DNA from: Pocillopora damicornis
Taxonomy: Eukaryota
Length of the DNA: 64,000 nucleotides
Assembly (NCBI RefSeq): GCF_003704095.1
Contig: NW_020847159.1
Span: forward strand, 62,001 to 126,000
Direction of reading: 5' to 3'
Shown: in pieces, positions 51,160 to 60,944 of the stretch
Numbering within the stretch: the first letter of the stretch is position 1
Layout: each line of letters starts with the position of its first letter
Notes under the pieces: generated by a model
Databases searched by the model: none
The model's input: only the letters and a program-made list of their open reading frames with translations
What the model was told of the DNA's origin: nothing
Position numbers and translations under genes: made by a program

Positions 51160-53174
51160 TTTTGTTAAATTTTGACCTTCGAAGCTTCCTTGCCGTAAAC
51201 GTAAATAGCAGTTTGCGCTATTGCAAAAATTTCGTTGAGTCCATATTGCAGTATAGGGTTCTTCGATATGAATACTTCAGACAATGCCCACGAAACCACC
51301 TGTTTCTCTTCATTTTCCCCAAAATGTTCGATTTATTTCGCTGAAGAATTCTCTTCCTTCATTACTAGCGAATGTTTCTGAGAAAACAAGGAACCATAAT
51401 ACTAATTTCGTCGATTCTCTGTCAGGAAATGATGACTTCACTTATACTCTGTTCCAAGTTCATAACAGATATCACGCAAGTAGGCATGCGTGACATGTTT
51501 GACTGCTGACCGGAAATGTAAAATATTGGAGGGTGGTTCAAAAAGTAATTGATAAGGTAACGCAAGATCACCTTGAAACAGGATTGACAACATACAGTTC
51601 CATCACTAAAAATAATTAGTTTCACCACATGGGCTTTTTCCCAAGAAGGTGGGAAAAAGCAGATGTTGTTCTGTGATAAATTTCCCTTCTCAAGGCAAAG
51701 TTATATTCTATATCAAGTTCCTCCTTATATAATCCCACAATCTTTTAAAAAAAAACCATTATCCAATAGTTCTGAACAGTTTCAGCTCTAAAATACCAAT
51801 CAAGCATTGAGTATTCACTAAGACCACTCTGATGATCCCATGATCCCATCTTTCAAAACAAGGTCAATTTTCCACTAGGTCAGCAAAGTTTATAGCCTGC
51901 CCCTAGTATTCTCCAAACTAGGAATTTTAGATATTTTCCAAGTCAATACATTTGAAATTGCCAAATTCATGTTTTATCATAGAAATAACTTATTGCCTCC
52001 ATTGCTTCTCAATCTTTTTGTAATGAATAGCCAAATTCACAACTATGGTACCAGAACAGCCAGTAATTATTGAACGCATTTATACCATACAAATCTCAAG
52101 CAATTTACAATTGTCTTAAAGAATAATGGTGCATACATTAGATTTAGGGTGACCTGGTCTACCCTCCTTGATGTTACAAAATTAATTGCACTAAAATCAC
52201 TTAACATTCAATGGGTACTTAAAATATTTTATTTCAATAAGGACATCTTTGAAATAACATCTCTAAGACATCTGCGATTTGGTCATGGAACTACAGTAAA
52301 GAATTAAAAAAAATTTTAAGACTCTTGGACTATTATAAATACATTTTTCCATATTAAGTGAGTGCACTTTGTGCGTGGTTTGACTTCATTTCAAATGCTC
52401 ACAGTAAGTTAATATCACAGTAAAAATTCAGAAACCATGTAATTACAAGATGTATATTTTCATAGATGATAGATAAAGAGATAAATTCCCTGAGTAAGGG
52501 GAAAGGTTACATATGAAAGAAAATCGAACAAAAAACAAAAGAAAGACTAACTTAAGGAATAGTGCTACACATTCTTGTGAAAAAAAATTGTGATAAACTG
52601 AACTGATACAAATTGTAATTTATGATAAAATAGAGAATATTTCCTTTTAATTGGGTATGGATGCTTTCCACAGAATCATTTCATCTCCCATGCACCTCCT
52701 TCAACTATAGAGTGTTTAACCATTAAATGGTTAAACCATAAAAAGTTAAATTTTAACACCCAGAAGTGATTAACATTTAACTTCTCCCCATAATATTGAT
52801 ACATCTTCCAGCAAAAAGGTAAAGAGAATACTAAGACTTATCAGGTAGACACCGTCATCTTGATCTAACACTAAATTCTCATAACTAATCTACTAATAAA
52901 TGTGTAGCAGCTAGAGGGGAGAATTAAGTATTAGATCCTGGGAGTTAAAGGGTTGAGGGAAACATTGTGTTCTTAACACCACACTAATTGACTTTCTTCC
53001 TCTCAAAAGAAGATTATGATCTGCTATCATTAACAATAATCACATAATGCTGGTAAAAATATGTCTTGTGAATGGATAAAACTATATTGACCCAAACCAA
53101 TGTTTTGCAAATTTGCTTATGACTATCATCATCTTTTCTTCACATTTTGCTATTTTTTTTTTTCAAGGTCTAGT

Positions 53175-54419
53175 TCAAAACTCTAATTTCTTTGGAATTT
53201 CCCAAGTGAAACCTGGCTTAAAATGACCATAAACACTTGTTGCCTTGAAAATGGGTTTGCGCAGGTCTAGATCCCTAATGATAGCACCTGGCCTTAGATC
53301 AAAATTCTTTTGGATGATTCGCAAAAGCTCATCATCTGACATTTCACTACTTCCATAGCTAAAAACAGACACTGACAAAGGCTCTGGAATACCAATTGAG
53401 TAAGATACTTGTACTAATGCACGCTTACAAAGCTTTGCTGCAACCAATGACTTTGCAATCCACCTACAGGCATAACTTCCTGACCTGTCCACCTTTGTTG
53501 CATCTTTACCTGAAAATGCCCCACCCCCATGAGCTCCCCACCCCCCATAAGTGTCAACAATAATTTTGCGCCCTGTCAGGCCACCATCAGCCATTGGACC
53601 ACCGAAGAGAAACTGCCCTGCAGGTAACAGATGATAGACTGTTTGCTCATCAAGGTATTTTTCTGGGATTACACTTTTGACAATTATCTCTTTCAAATAA
53701 TGCCGGATTTCTTCTGCAGACATGCCACGCGCATGTTGACTTGAAATCAAAACAGTGTGCACTCTTTGAGGCATGCAAGCACCATCTTTCATACTGTATT
53801 CCACAGTAACCTGTGTCTTACCATCAGGTCTGAGCCAAGGCAAAGTTCCGTCTCTGCGACACTCTACTAGTCTTTGCACCAGTCTGTGTGATAGAACAGT
53901 TGTTAAAGGCATAAGTTCCTCGGTTTCATTCGTTGCATATCCGAACATCAAGCCCTGATCTCCAGCGCCTATGTCCAAATCCTTCTTATCCAAGTGCACA
54001 ACTCTTGCGATTTCCCCAACTTGCTCTTCGATGGAAAGCAAAACGCTGCATGTTTTGTAATCGAAGCCTTTAGAAGAGTCATCATATCCAATTTCCTTTA
54101 TGGTATTTCGGATAACACTTTGATAGTCAACCTTCGCTCCAGATGTAATCTCGCCAAAAGCCATAATCATGCCAGTTTTTGAAGCAGTTTCGCAAGCGAC
54201 TTTCGCCGTCGGATCTTGTTCCAAATGAGCATCTAAAATCGCATCAGAAATCTGATCACACATTTTATCTGCATGTCCCGGGCAAACTGACTCTGAAGTG
54301 AAGAGAAACTTGCTGCGATCGCTTGCACCAGTCAAGAAAGAGCGATTTAAACAAAATCTTGCTACTGAAGCAGACTTTGTTGGAATGATTCGAGCTAGCT
54401 TTGCTTTAGAACTCCACAT
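53175..54419 (-). CDS. S-adenosylmethionine synthetase (MAT), single exon, with a putative mitochondrial presequence
   Basis: 414-aa uninterrupted ORF with [33 protein letters not shown] and [32 protein letters not shown]; metazoan-type C-terminus WEIPKKLEF. Minus-strand AATAAA at ~52228-52233. Confidence 0.97.
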   Translation of the reverse strand: MWSSKAKLARIIPTKSASVARFCLNRSFLTGASDRSKFLFTSESVCPGHADKMCDQISDAILDAHLEQDPTAKVACETASKTGMIMAFGEITSGAKVDYQSVIRNTIKEIGYDDSSKGFDYKTCSVLLSIEEQVGEIARVVHLDKKDLDIGAGDQGLMFGYATNETEELMPLTTVLSHRLVQRLVECRRDGTLPWLRPDGKTQVTVEYSMKDGACMPQRVHTVLISSQHARGMSAEEIRHYLKEIIVKSVIPEKYLDEQTVYHLLPAGQFLFGGPMADGGLTGRKIIVDTYGGWGAHGGGAFSGKDATKVDRSGSYACRWIAKSLVAAKLCKRALVQVSYSIGIPEPLSVSVFSYGSSEMSDDELLRIIQKNFDLRPGAIIRDLDLRKPIFKATSVYGHFKPGFTWEIPKKLEF

Positions 54420-54828
54420 TTTGAAAAGATGTTATCCTCTCGTGACTGAGTATTACGTAGAAATACTCAAACTCGGAAGGAGAAAAGCTTAAAAAAAAAA
54501 AAATTGCGTGAGTAAGCAAACTTGCGTGTGGTGCAACCCTGTCGTGTAAACCCAACGCAATCGCAATGCAACAACAGAAAATCAATACTTTGTCGCTGAA
54601 ATTTGTTTCGTGTACGTTTCACTCTTAAAAACGATATTTTGGGTTAAAATAATGAGCTGATAATGAGAGATATTTAATCTGAAACGAAAGCATTGATTTC
54701 AAACCTGAACTCATGATAATATCCATCTCTGATCCAATCGGAGAACTCCGTAGTAATTCGGGATATTCCGTCTTGATGGTCGGAAATATTTGCCTTATAA
54801 ACAAACTGTATCTCATTTCCGTTTCAAA
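54420..54828. promoter_or_regulatory. Shared divergent promoter region MAT/NALCN
   Basis: 409 bp between divergent ATGs (54419 and 54829); CpG-rich; CCAAT at ~54734; repeated TTGCGTG/CGCAA motifs. Confidence 0.65.
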
Positions 54829-57800
54829 ATGGAAGCAAGAGGACAGTCTGTTGTAATCGAGTCCGATCAGCATTCATCGTCGCAAACTTTATGGCCTCTT
54901 CGCCAGACACTTTATGCAGAATCTGTAGGAACAGATGATGAAGAGAATGAGGACGAGCTATCTCGAACTTGGTGGGTGAAAACTCGCTGGTTTCAGCGTC
55001 TTGTTCAAGTGTGTGCCGTAGTCAGCCTGACTTCTACAGCAATGAATTCGCCGGAGACGTTTAAAGAATCCGGCTCACTTCAATACATCACTCTTGTATT
55101 GGATATTGTTGTTGCAGTTGTATTTATTACCGAGATGATCGCTCAGATAAACATGTGGGGTCTATGGAAAAAACAGAAGGCCTACTTCAAGAAACCGCAG
55201 TGCATATTTAACGCTAGTATGGTTTTCCTCATAATACTATCGATCTTGTTTCAAGTAATTGAAATTTCAGGCCATTCTCCCGATCCGGCAGATTACATTG
55301 CATTTTCTATTCCAAGAGCCCCAAGAGCTCTTATTATTGTTCGATTCTTCAATGTTCTCATCACAATAAGCTTGCCAAAGACAGTTGCTCGCCGATGCAA
55401 GCGACAGATCTGGGCTGTCACTTTATTTTTGTTATACTTCATGGCATTCGCTTCAATCATCGGCGTTCAATTATTTGGACGAAAGAATTACTATTGCGTG
55501 AAAAACGGTGCTGATTTGAATAATGTTACATACAATGATGTTTTACTCACAGACCATCGATGCAATAATGACACCGGTGAAAGAGGCTATTTTTGTCCTA
55601 GAAATTTCAGTTGTGTCTTTGTCGATTTTAATAAAAAGGACAAAGACTACTTCGGCGATTTTCTTCGCAGCATTTTAACCGTGTACGAAAGTTCCACTCA
55701 AGAAGGCTGGGTTCTTGTCATGTACAGAATGACGGACTTTCGATCTCGTCCATTAGTTTATGTTTATTTTGTGTTGCTTATTTTCTTCATTGCCTGGCTC
55801 GTGAAAAACGTCTTCATTGCTGTCGTCTCGGAAACCTTTGCCGATATTCGGAGCCTGTATATGTATAGTCGGAAATCTTCGAAGCGTACTTCGGCTCGAC
55901 TAGCTTCTCAAGTCATCAAGGAGGGAGGAACTGGTTGGCATTTAGTATCGTTAGATCATGAAGCACATAAGGGACACGCACCACTGCCTGTTAGACAATT
56001 AGTTAACTCTAGTTACTTCAAATACACAATGATCTTCTTTGTTGTGGTTGATGCTATCGTACAAGCAGCTTTGAAGTTTCCCTGGAGAAGATACCCACAG
56101 TTCGGGTTTACCATACTTTTCGACTTGGAAGTTCTTCTTAAGATCTCATGTATGGGTTTTCGGCCTTTCCTTCTTCGTAAAATGCAATTGACAGAGTTTA
56201 TATTAGCTGTTGGTAGTACTGTTTTTGCTTTGCCACTTTTGATCTCCGAGAAAGCTACTTTCTTAGCTTTCTTTAATGTTATGAGGATAATACGACTTGT
56301 TGGGGCAATACCGAGTTTGCAAGAGTTCTGTGAAAAAATCTTTGGTACGGGAAAAAAGCTCGGAGCGGCCATTGTATTTACGCTGTTTTTCGTCATGGTT
56401 TCCGCCGTGATCAGTATGCAGTTCTTTCTGACTTTGGATCCTAAGAAATTCGGGACCTTTATGCTGTCAGTCCAGTCCATGTTTCAGATTATTACTCAGG
56501 AAGGATGGGTCGAAGTTTTAGATGGACTTATAAATGCCACTACCAACACCTTTGCCAAGATTCTAGTTGCGATAATCATCTTGGCATGTCATCTTTTCTC
56601 GTCGCTTATCATTATGAGCGTATTTGTTGCAGTCATCCTGGACAACTTGGAACTTGACGAAGAGGTGAAGATCATGAAACAGAAGAAAATGGGCCAAGAG
56701 AGCCGAGAATCCACCGAGGAACTTCCACTGCGTCTTCGGGTCTTCGAGCGTTTCCGGGATGACCCGCGTCTTGTCAAAATGAGTAGGATTAAAATGTCCG
56801 CGGATTTTTCCACGCCTAAGATTCGCGACAGTTTCATGAAGAAGTTTATAGACGGCTCTAGCGTGGAAACAGCACTAGCTGTTGATCCACGAAAGCAGCT
56901 CGGGGAGACTTCGCAGCTAAGAAGGCGGCGGACTGCAATTCCTATAAAGCTTTTAAACTCGACGGTATCTGAGGTGGATAAGCTTTCGAAGTTTGTCCGC
57001 AAGCAGTCGAGTATTACTGCGTTGATCAACGATTCCAATCGCCGAAGAACGTATGCGCTACTTTCACCTACCGAAGTTTCCCCGAGGAGCGCTGCAATTC
57101 AAGGCAGCAACAACAACAAACAGCAGCCGACGTCAGTCTTCCGATCTGCGTCGAGGCGATTCCGGAGCCGCCCGCCTCCGTCTCCGAAACCAGCTCAAGG
57201 TAATCCTCAGGTCATGAGAATGGCCAGCCAAGCTACAGGTCTCCACGCCCAGTTGAATCACGATGACACCAACATCGGGCGAGATTTCGACATCCAGTGG
57301 GTTCGGGTCAGACGTGAAGAGGTTCAGCGGAAAAAGAAAGCTCAAATTGACAAGCTTCGCGAGAATCATCCCTACTTTGACCAGCCTCTCTTCTCCCTGC
57401 AGCGTGACTCATGGTTTCGGATATTTCTTCAGAGCTTAGTGAACGCGCGTTACTCAATTCCTCCTGGTTATACGGAGCGGGCGTCACGCAATAACATTGT
57501 CACGATGGCACGGCTTCAAAAGTGTCTCGCGTCACAGACGTACCTGGAGTGGATAATGATCATTGTTACGCTTATCTCTTGCATTGCTATGATGCTCGAG
57601 ACTCCAACCCAGCGAACCTTTATGAATTCTTCAACAGAAGTCGTCGAATACATTTTCGTGGTTGCCATGAGTTTGGAACTGGGTGTTCGAATCCTTGCGA
57701 ACGGTTTGATCTTCACGCCTAATGCCGTTATTCAGAACTTTGGGGGTGTCCTTGACGTCACTACGTACCTCGTGGCACTTGTCTATGTTTCCTGGCAACC

Positions 57801-60093
57801 ACATCCGATACCTGCCCGCTCAGGGGCTCAAGTGTTGATGGTTTTAAGGTGCCTTCGTCCATTGCGCATTGTCACATTGGTGCCTAAGATGCAAAAGGTG
57901 ATTCTCGAGCTGGTGGGTGGCTATAAAGAAATACTTAAAGTTAGCGCACTACAGTTGCTGCTCATGTTCATCTTTGCCAGCTATGGTGTTCAAGTATTCG
58001 CTTTCAGATTTGGAAGCTGCAACGATCGCACGAAAAATACCCGAGAGGAGTGCATTGGAACCTTCGAAATAGAGATCGCCCCACCTCGTGAACTACGCGA
58101 CCTTTCAGGGACGTCTACAATCCTTGTTCCTCGTGTATGGAAAAAACCCAGAAATTTTGACTTTGATAACGTCATCCACGCATTTCTGGCTTTGTTTGAA
58201 GTTCTTTCCTTAGAAGGTTGGCTGGAAGTGCGAGATGTGATCCAAGCAGTGGTGTCTCCTGAGTATAGTCTGTATGTCCACATTTACGTACTCATTGGAA
58301 GTATGATCGGACTAACTTTGTTTGTTGGAGTAATTGTTATGAATTTTAACGAGAACAAAGGCATCGCGCTTCTCACTGTTGATCAACGTCGCTGGCAAGA
58401 CTTGAAGAAGCGCTTGCGACTCGCACAACCTCTTCATATTGCGCCAAGACCGAGAAAAGAGGGGATTCGTGCCGTATTATTCGACGCCACACAGTCAAAA
58501 ATATACAAAGGTATCGAAGTCATTTTGGTGGTTGTTATCTGCTTGACTGTTACGATTGCTCAGTGGACCACTGAAGACAACCTGCGCCTGCGAGACGGCT
58601 TGACCAGCACTGCAGCGGCGTGTTCGATATTCTTCGTTGTAGACATGGTTCTCAAGATTATCGCCTTCACATTTCAAGGATACTGGCAAAGCCGGAGAAA
58701 CCGGTTTGACCTGTTTTTGACGAGCCTTGGAGTGTTGTGGGTAACTCTGAATTTTTCTCTTAAAGGGAGTGGTATGCCGTACACAGTCACCACCGTGTTT
58801 GGAATGGTGATAATCCTGTTCCGTTTCTTGACGCTTGCTGGTAAACACGACACGCTCAAGATGTTAATGTTGACCGTTGTCATGTCGCTAGTAAAGAGTT
58901 TCTTCATCATCTCTGTTCTTATCATCATTATGGTAAGCTACTCGCTCGCTGGTGTGATCTTATTCGGCACAGTCAAATACGGAGAGGCGTTAAATCGCCA
59001 TGCCAACTTCAAGACAAGTTTCTATGCTATGATACTGTTGTTTCGAATCACCACCGGAGAGGACTGGAATAAGATCATGCATGACTGTATGATATCGAAA
59101 CCGTACTGCACAGAAACGCCTGATACGCCGAATTTCTGGCAAACCGACTGCGGCAACAGTGCAGCAGCGCATATTTACTTCATTTCGTTCTACATTTTCG
59201 TAACATTTGTCTTCCTGAACCTTTTCATCGCTGTCATCATTGAGAATTTTTCGCTTTTCTACTCCAGCGACGAAGATTCTCTTATAAGCAACACAGATCT
59301 GAAGGACTTCCAGTTGACTTGGAACTTGGTGGATAAGAGTCGTAAAGGCGTTTTATCGGTCCGACAAGCTAAGCTTGTTCTTCGCTTACTCAAAGGCCGT
59401 TTAGAGGTGGACACAGGGTCGCTCTTGTTCAAGCACATGTGCTGTGAGATTGAAAAGCTTCGCAATGGCTGTGATGTTTCATTCCATGATGTCTTAGGAG
59501 TGCTAGCCTATCGATCTGTTGACATCAGCCGCAGCTTGCAACTCGAGGAGCTGCTCGAGCGAGAAGAATTAGAATACCAAATCGAGGAAGAAGTTGCCAT
59601 ACAAACAATTCGTGACTGGTTCGTCAACCTTCGTAAGAAGCGCGTCGAGCGGGAATGGATTCGACATTTGGAGCAAGGAGGAATCCCATTGGCTGGCGGT
59701 TTCCAGTTTGATAAAAGCCCTGGAGCTTCAAGCGTAGAGAGCTTGGAACACTCAGCAAATGAAGACCAAGATCGAGAAGACCGTGACACAGAACGCGAGA
59801 TTCGTGATCACGAAAGCAGTGAAGATGACGATATTTCACTGTCATCCCCTTCAAAAGGACCGGCGATTCTCCTTTCGGCCCCACCTCCGGTTATGAAAAC
59901 AGAGCGCAGCATTTCTACACCTCGTAAGAATTCTGTTACGTTTCCAGAAGAAGTCTCGATGTCACCAAAACGAAGAAAGAGTTTACCCGAATCTCTAGCT
60001 AATTCTAAGTCGCGAAGGAAAAGTTTGACTGAAGTGAAGGAGTTCGCGGGAGAAGTTCGTGATTGGTGGAATACACAGGAAAATAATCCGTAG
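54829..60093 (+). CDS. NALCN: NALCN sodium-leak-channel family, four-domain channel, single exon, 1754 aa, EEEE filter
   Basis: First ATG is at 54829 (the track start at 54790 is TTG). Four 6-TM repeats with charge-poor S4s; pore motifs STQEGW, ITQEGW, LSLEGW, TTGEDW. NALCN signatures VILDNLELDEE.K.KQ, LRENHPYFD.PLF, LLTVDQRRW.DLK.RL..AQPLH, ENFSLFYS, EREELEY.IEEEVA.QTIR.W. Confidence 0.97.
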   Translation: MEARGQSVVIESDQHSSSQTLWPLRQTLYAESVGTDDEENEDELSRTWWVKTRWFQRLVQVCAVVSLTSTAMNSPETFKESGSLQYITLVLDIVVAVVFITEMIAQINMWGLWKKQKAYFKKPQCIFNASMVFLIILSILFQVIEISGHSPDPADYIAFSIPRAPRALIIVRFFNVLITISLPKTVARRCKRQIWAVTLFLLYFMAFASIIGVQLFGRKNYYCVKNGADLNNVTYNDVLLTDHRCNNDTGERGYFCPRNFSCVFVDFNKKDKDYFGDFLRSILTVYESSTQEGWVLVMYRMTDFRSRPLVYVYFVLLIFFIAWLVKNVFIAVVSETFADIRSLYMYSRKSSKRTSARLASQVIKEGGTGWHLVSLDHEAHKGHAPLPVRQLVNSSYFKYTMIFFVVVDAIVQAALKFPWRRYPQFGFTILFDLEVLLKISCMGFRPFLLRKMQLTEFILAVGSTVFALPLLISEKATFLAFFNVMRIIRLVGAIPSLQEFCEKIFGTGKKLGAAIVFTLFFVMVSAVISMQFFLTLDPKKFGTFMLSVQSMFQIITQEGWVEVLDGLINATTNTFAKILVAIIILACHLFSSLIIMSVFVAVILDNLELDEEVKIMKQKKMGQESRESTEELPLRLRVFERFRDDPRLVKMSRIKMSADFSTPKIRDSFMKKFIDGSSVETALAVDPRKQLGETSQLRRRRTAIPIKLLNSTVSEVDKLSKFVRKQSSITALINDSNRRRTYALLSPTEVSPRSAAIQGSNNNKQQPTSVFRSASRRFRSRPPPSPKPAQGNPQVMRMASQATGLHAQLNHDDTNIGRDFDIQWVRVRREEVQRKKKAQIDKLRENHPYFDQPLFSLQRDSWFRIFLQSLVNARYSIPPGYTERASRNNIVTMARLQKCLASQTYLEWIMIIVTLISCIAMMLETPTQRTFMNSSTEVVEYIFVVAMSLELGVRILANGLIFTPNAVIQNFGGVLDVTTYLVALVYVSWQPHPIPARSGAQVLMVLRCLRPLRIVTLVPKMQKVILELVGGYKEILKVSALQLLLMFIFASYGVQVFAFRFGSCNDRTKNTREECIGTFEIEIAPPRELRDLSGTSTILVPRVWKKPRNFDFDNVIHAFLALFEVLSLEGWLEVRDVIQAVVSPEYSLYVHIYVLIGSMIGLTLFVGVIVMNFNENKGIALLTVDQRRWQDLKKRLRLAQPLHIAPRPRKEGIRAVLFDATQSKIYKGIEVILVVVICLTVTIAQWTTEDNLRLRDGLTSTAAACSIFFVVDMVLKIIAFTFQGYWQSRRNRFDLFLTSLGVLWVTLNFSLKGSGMPYTVTTVFGMVIILFRFLTLAGKHDTLKMLMLTVVMSLVKSFFIISVLIIIMVSYSLAGVILFGTVKYGEALNRHANFKTSFYAMILLFRITTGEDWNKIMHDCMISKPYCTETPDTPNFWQTDCGNSAAAHIYFISFYIFVTFVFLNLFIAVIIENFSLFYSSDEDSLISNTDLKDFQLTWNLVDKSRKGVLSVRQAKLVLRLLKGRLEVDTGSLLFKHMCCEIEKLRNGCDVSFHDVLGVLAYRSVDISRSLQLEELLEREELEYQIEEEVAIQTIRDWFVNLRKKRVEREWIRHLEQGGIPLAGGFQFDKSPGASSVESLEHSANEDQDREDRDTEREIRDHESSEDDDISLSSPSKGPAILLSAPPPVMKTERSISTPRKNSVTFPEEVSMSPKRRKSLPESLANSKSRRKSLTEVKEFAGEVRDWWNTQENNP

Positions 60094-60944
60094 AGCATCT
60101 GAACGTCCAAGCCGACGAAACTGACACATGTTAAGGATGGAAAGACCTGAGATGAAGTCTATGATCGTCAAGATGTTTTTGCCGAACTTTTGATGTCATT
60201 AAGGGACTTTTGACTCCGTTCCGTAAGGTCACGTCTCGTAAAATTTCAAACAATGACTTTTCCCGTCGATAAAGACAGAAAAGAATCCAAAACCACTTTA
60301 CAAAGCAGGCAGTGTGTCAAATTTTTGTCCTTAAGACGACGAGCTTAAGTTTACTTGAGTGTTTAACTTATAGGTTGCCAAGATAAGCTTAGGTGACATT
60401 ACAAAGCTATCCGTGAAAAGAAACTCAGAATATGAAGACCTCAGAAAGTAATTACATATAGAAAAACTTTTTTAAATTGTTTTCCTGGTTAGATTTTGCC
60501 AAACGTCTTTCCTGTCAGATGTATCGTTAAAAAAAGTGTACAGTATCACAAAAGCACCTTTTTCGTTGAATTAAATGTTTAGACACCAAAAATGTAAAAC
60601 GAATGTCTATTTTTTTGGTGTTTAAACATTAAATTCAACGTATCATGAAAAAAGCATGAATCAGGCTTTTTAATCTATATTACAAGGTGAATTTATAACT
60701 TGAAAAAGTGTTTTTTTTTTCTTGAATTTAATTAACCCTTTTACCCCTGGGAGTGATTGGCGTATAATTTCTCCCTAAAATATCTCCCCATATTTAAACA
60801 TTAAGATCACAAGAATTAAGGAAGTGCTCACAGACTGAAGAAGCTCTTGATCATATAAATTCTCCTTGTTAGCACCTGAGGAAATATATAGAGAACAGTA
60901 AGGAGAATGTGCATACTGGTGTTAGGGTGTAAAGGGTGAAGCCG

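Noticed and set aside
53175-60093. Bacterial HGT or contamination as the reason for intronless MAT/NALCN
   Set aside because: NALCN is a eukaryotic family, MAT has animal-type motifs ([16 protein letters not shown]), and both are contiguous with host MITEs and genes with no gap.
56013-60110. Multiple antisense ORFs inside NALCN
   Set aside because: Expected shadow ORFs opposite a long coding sequence; no recognisable domains.
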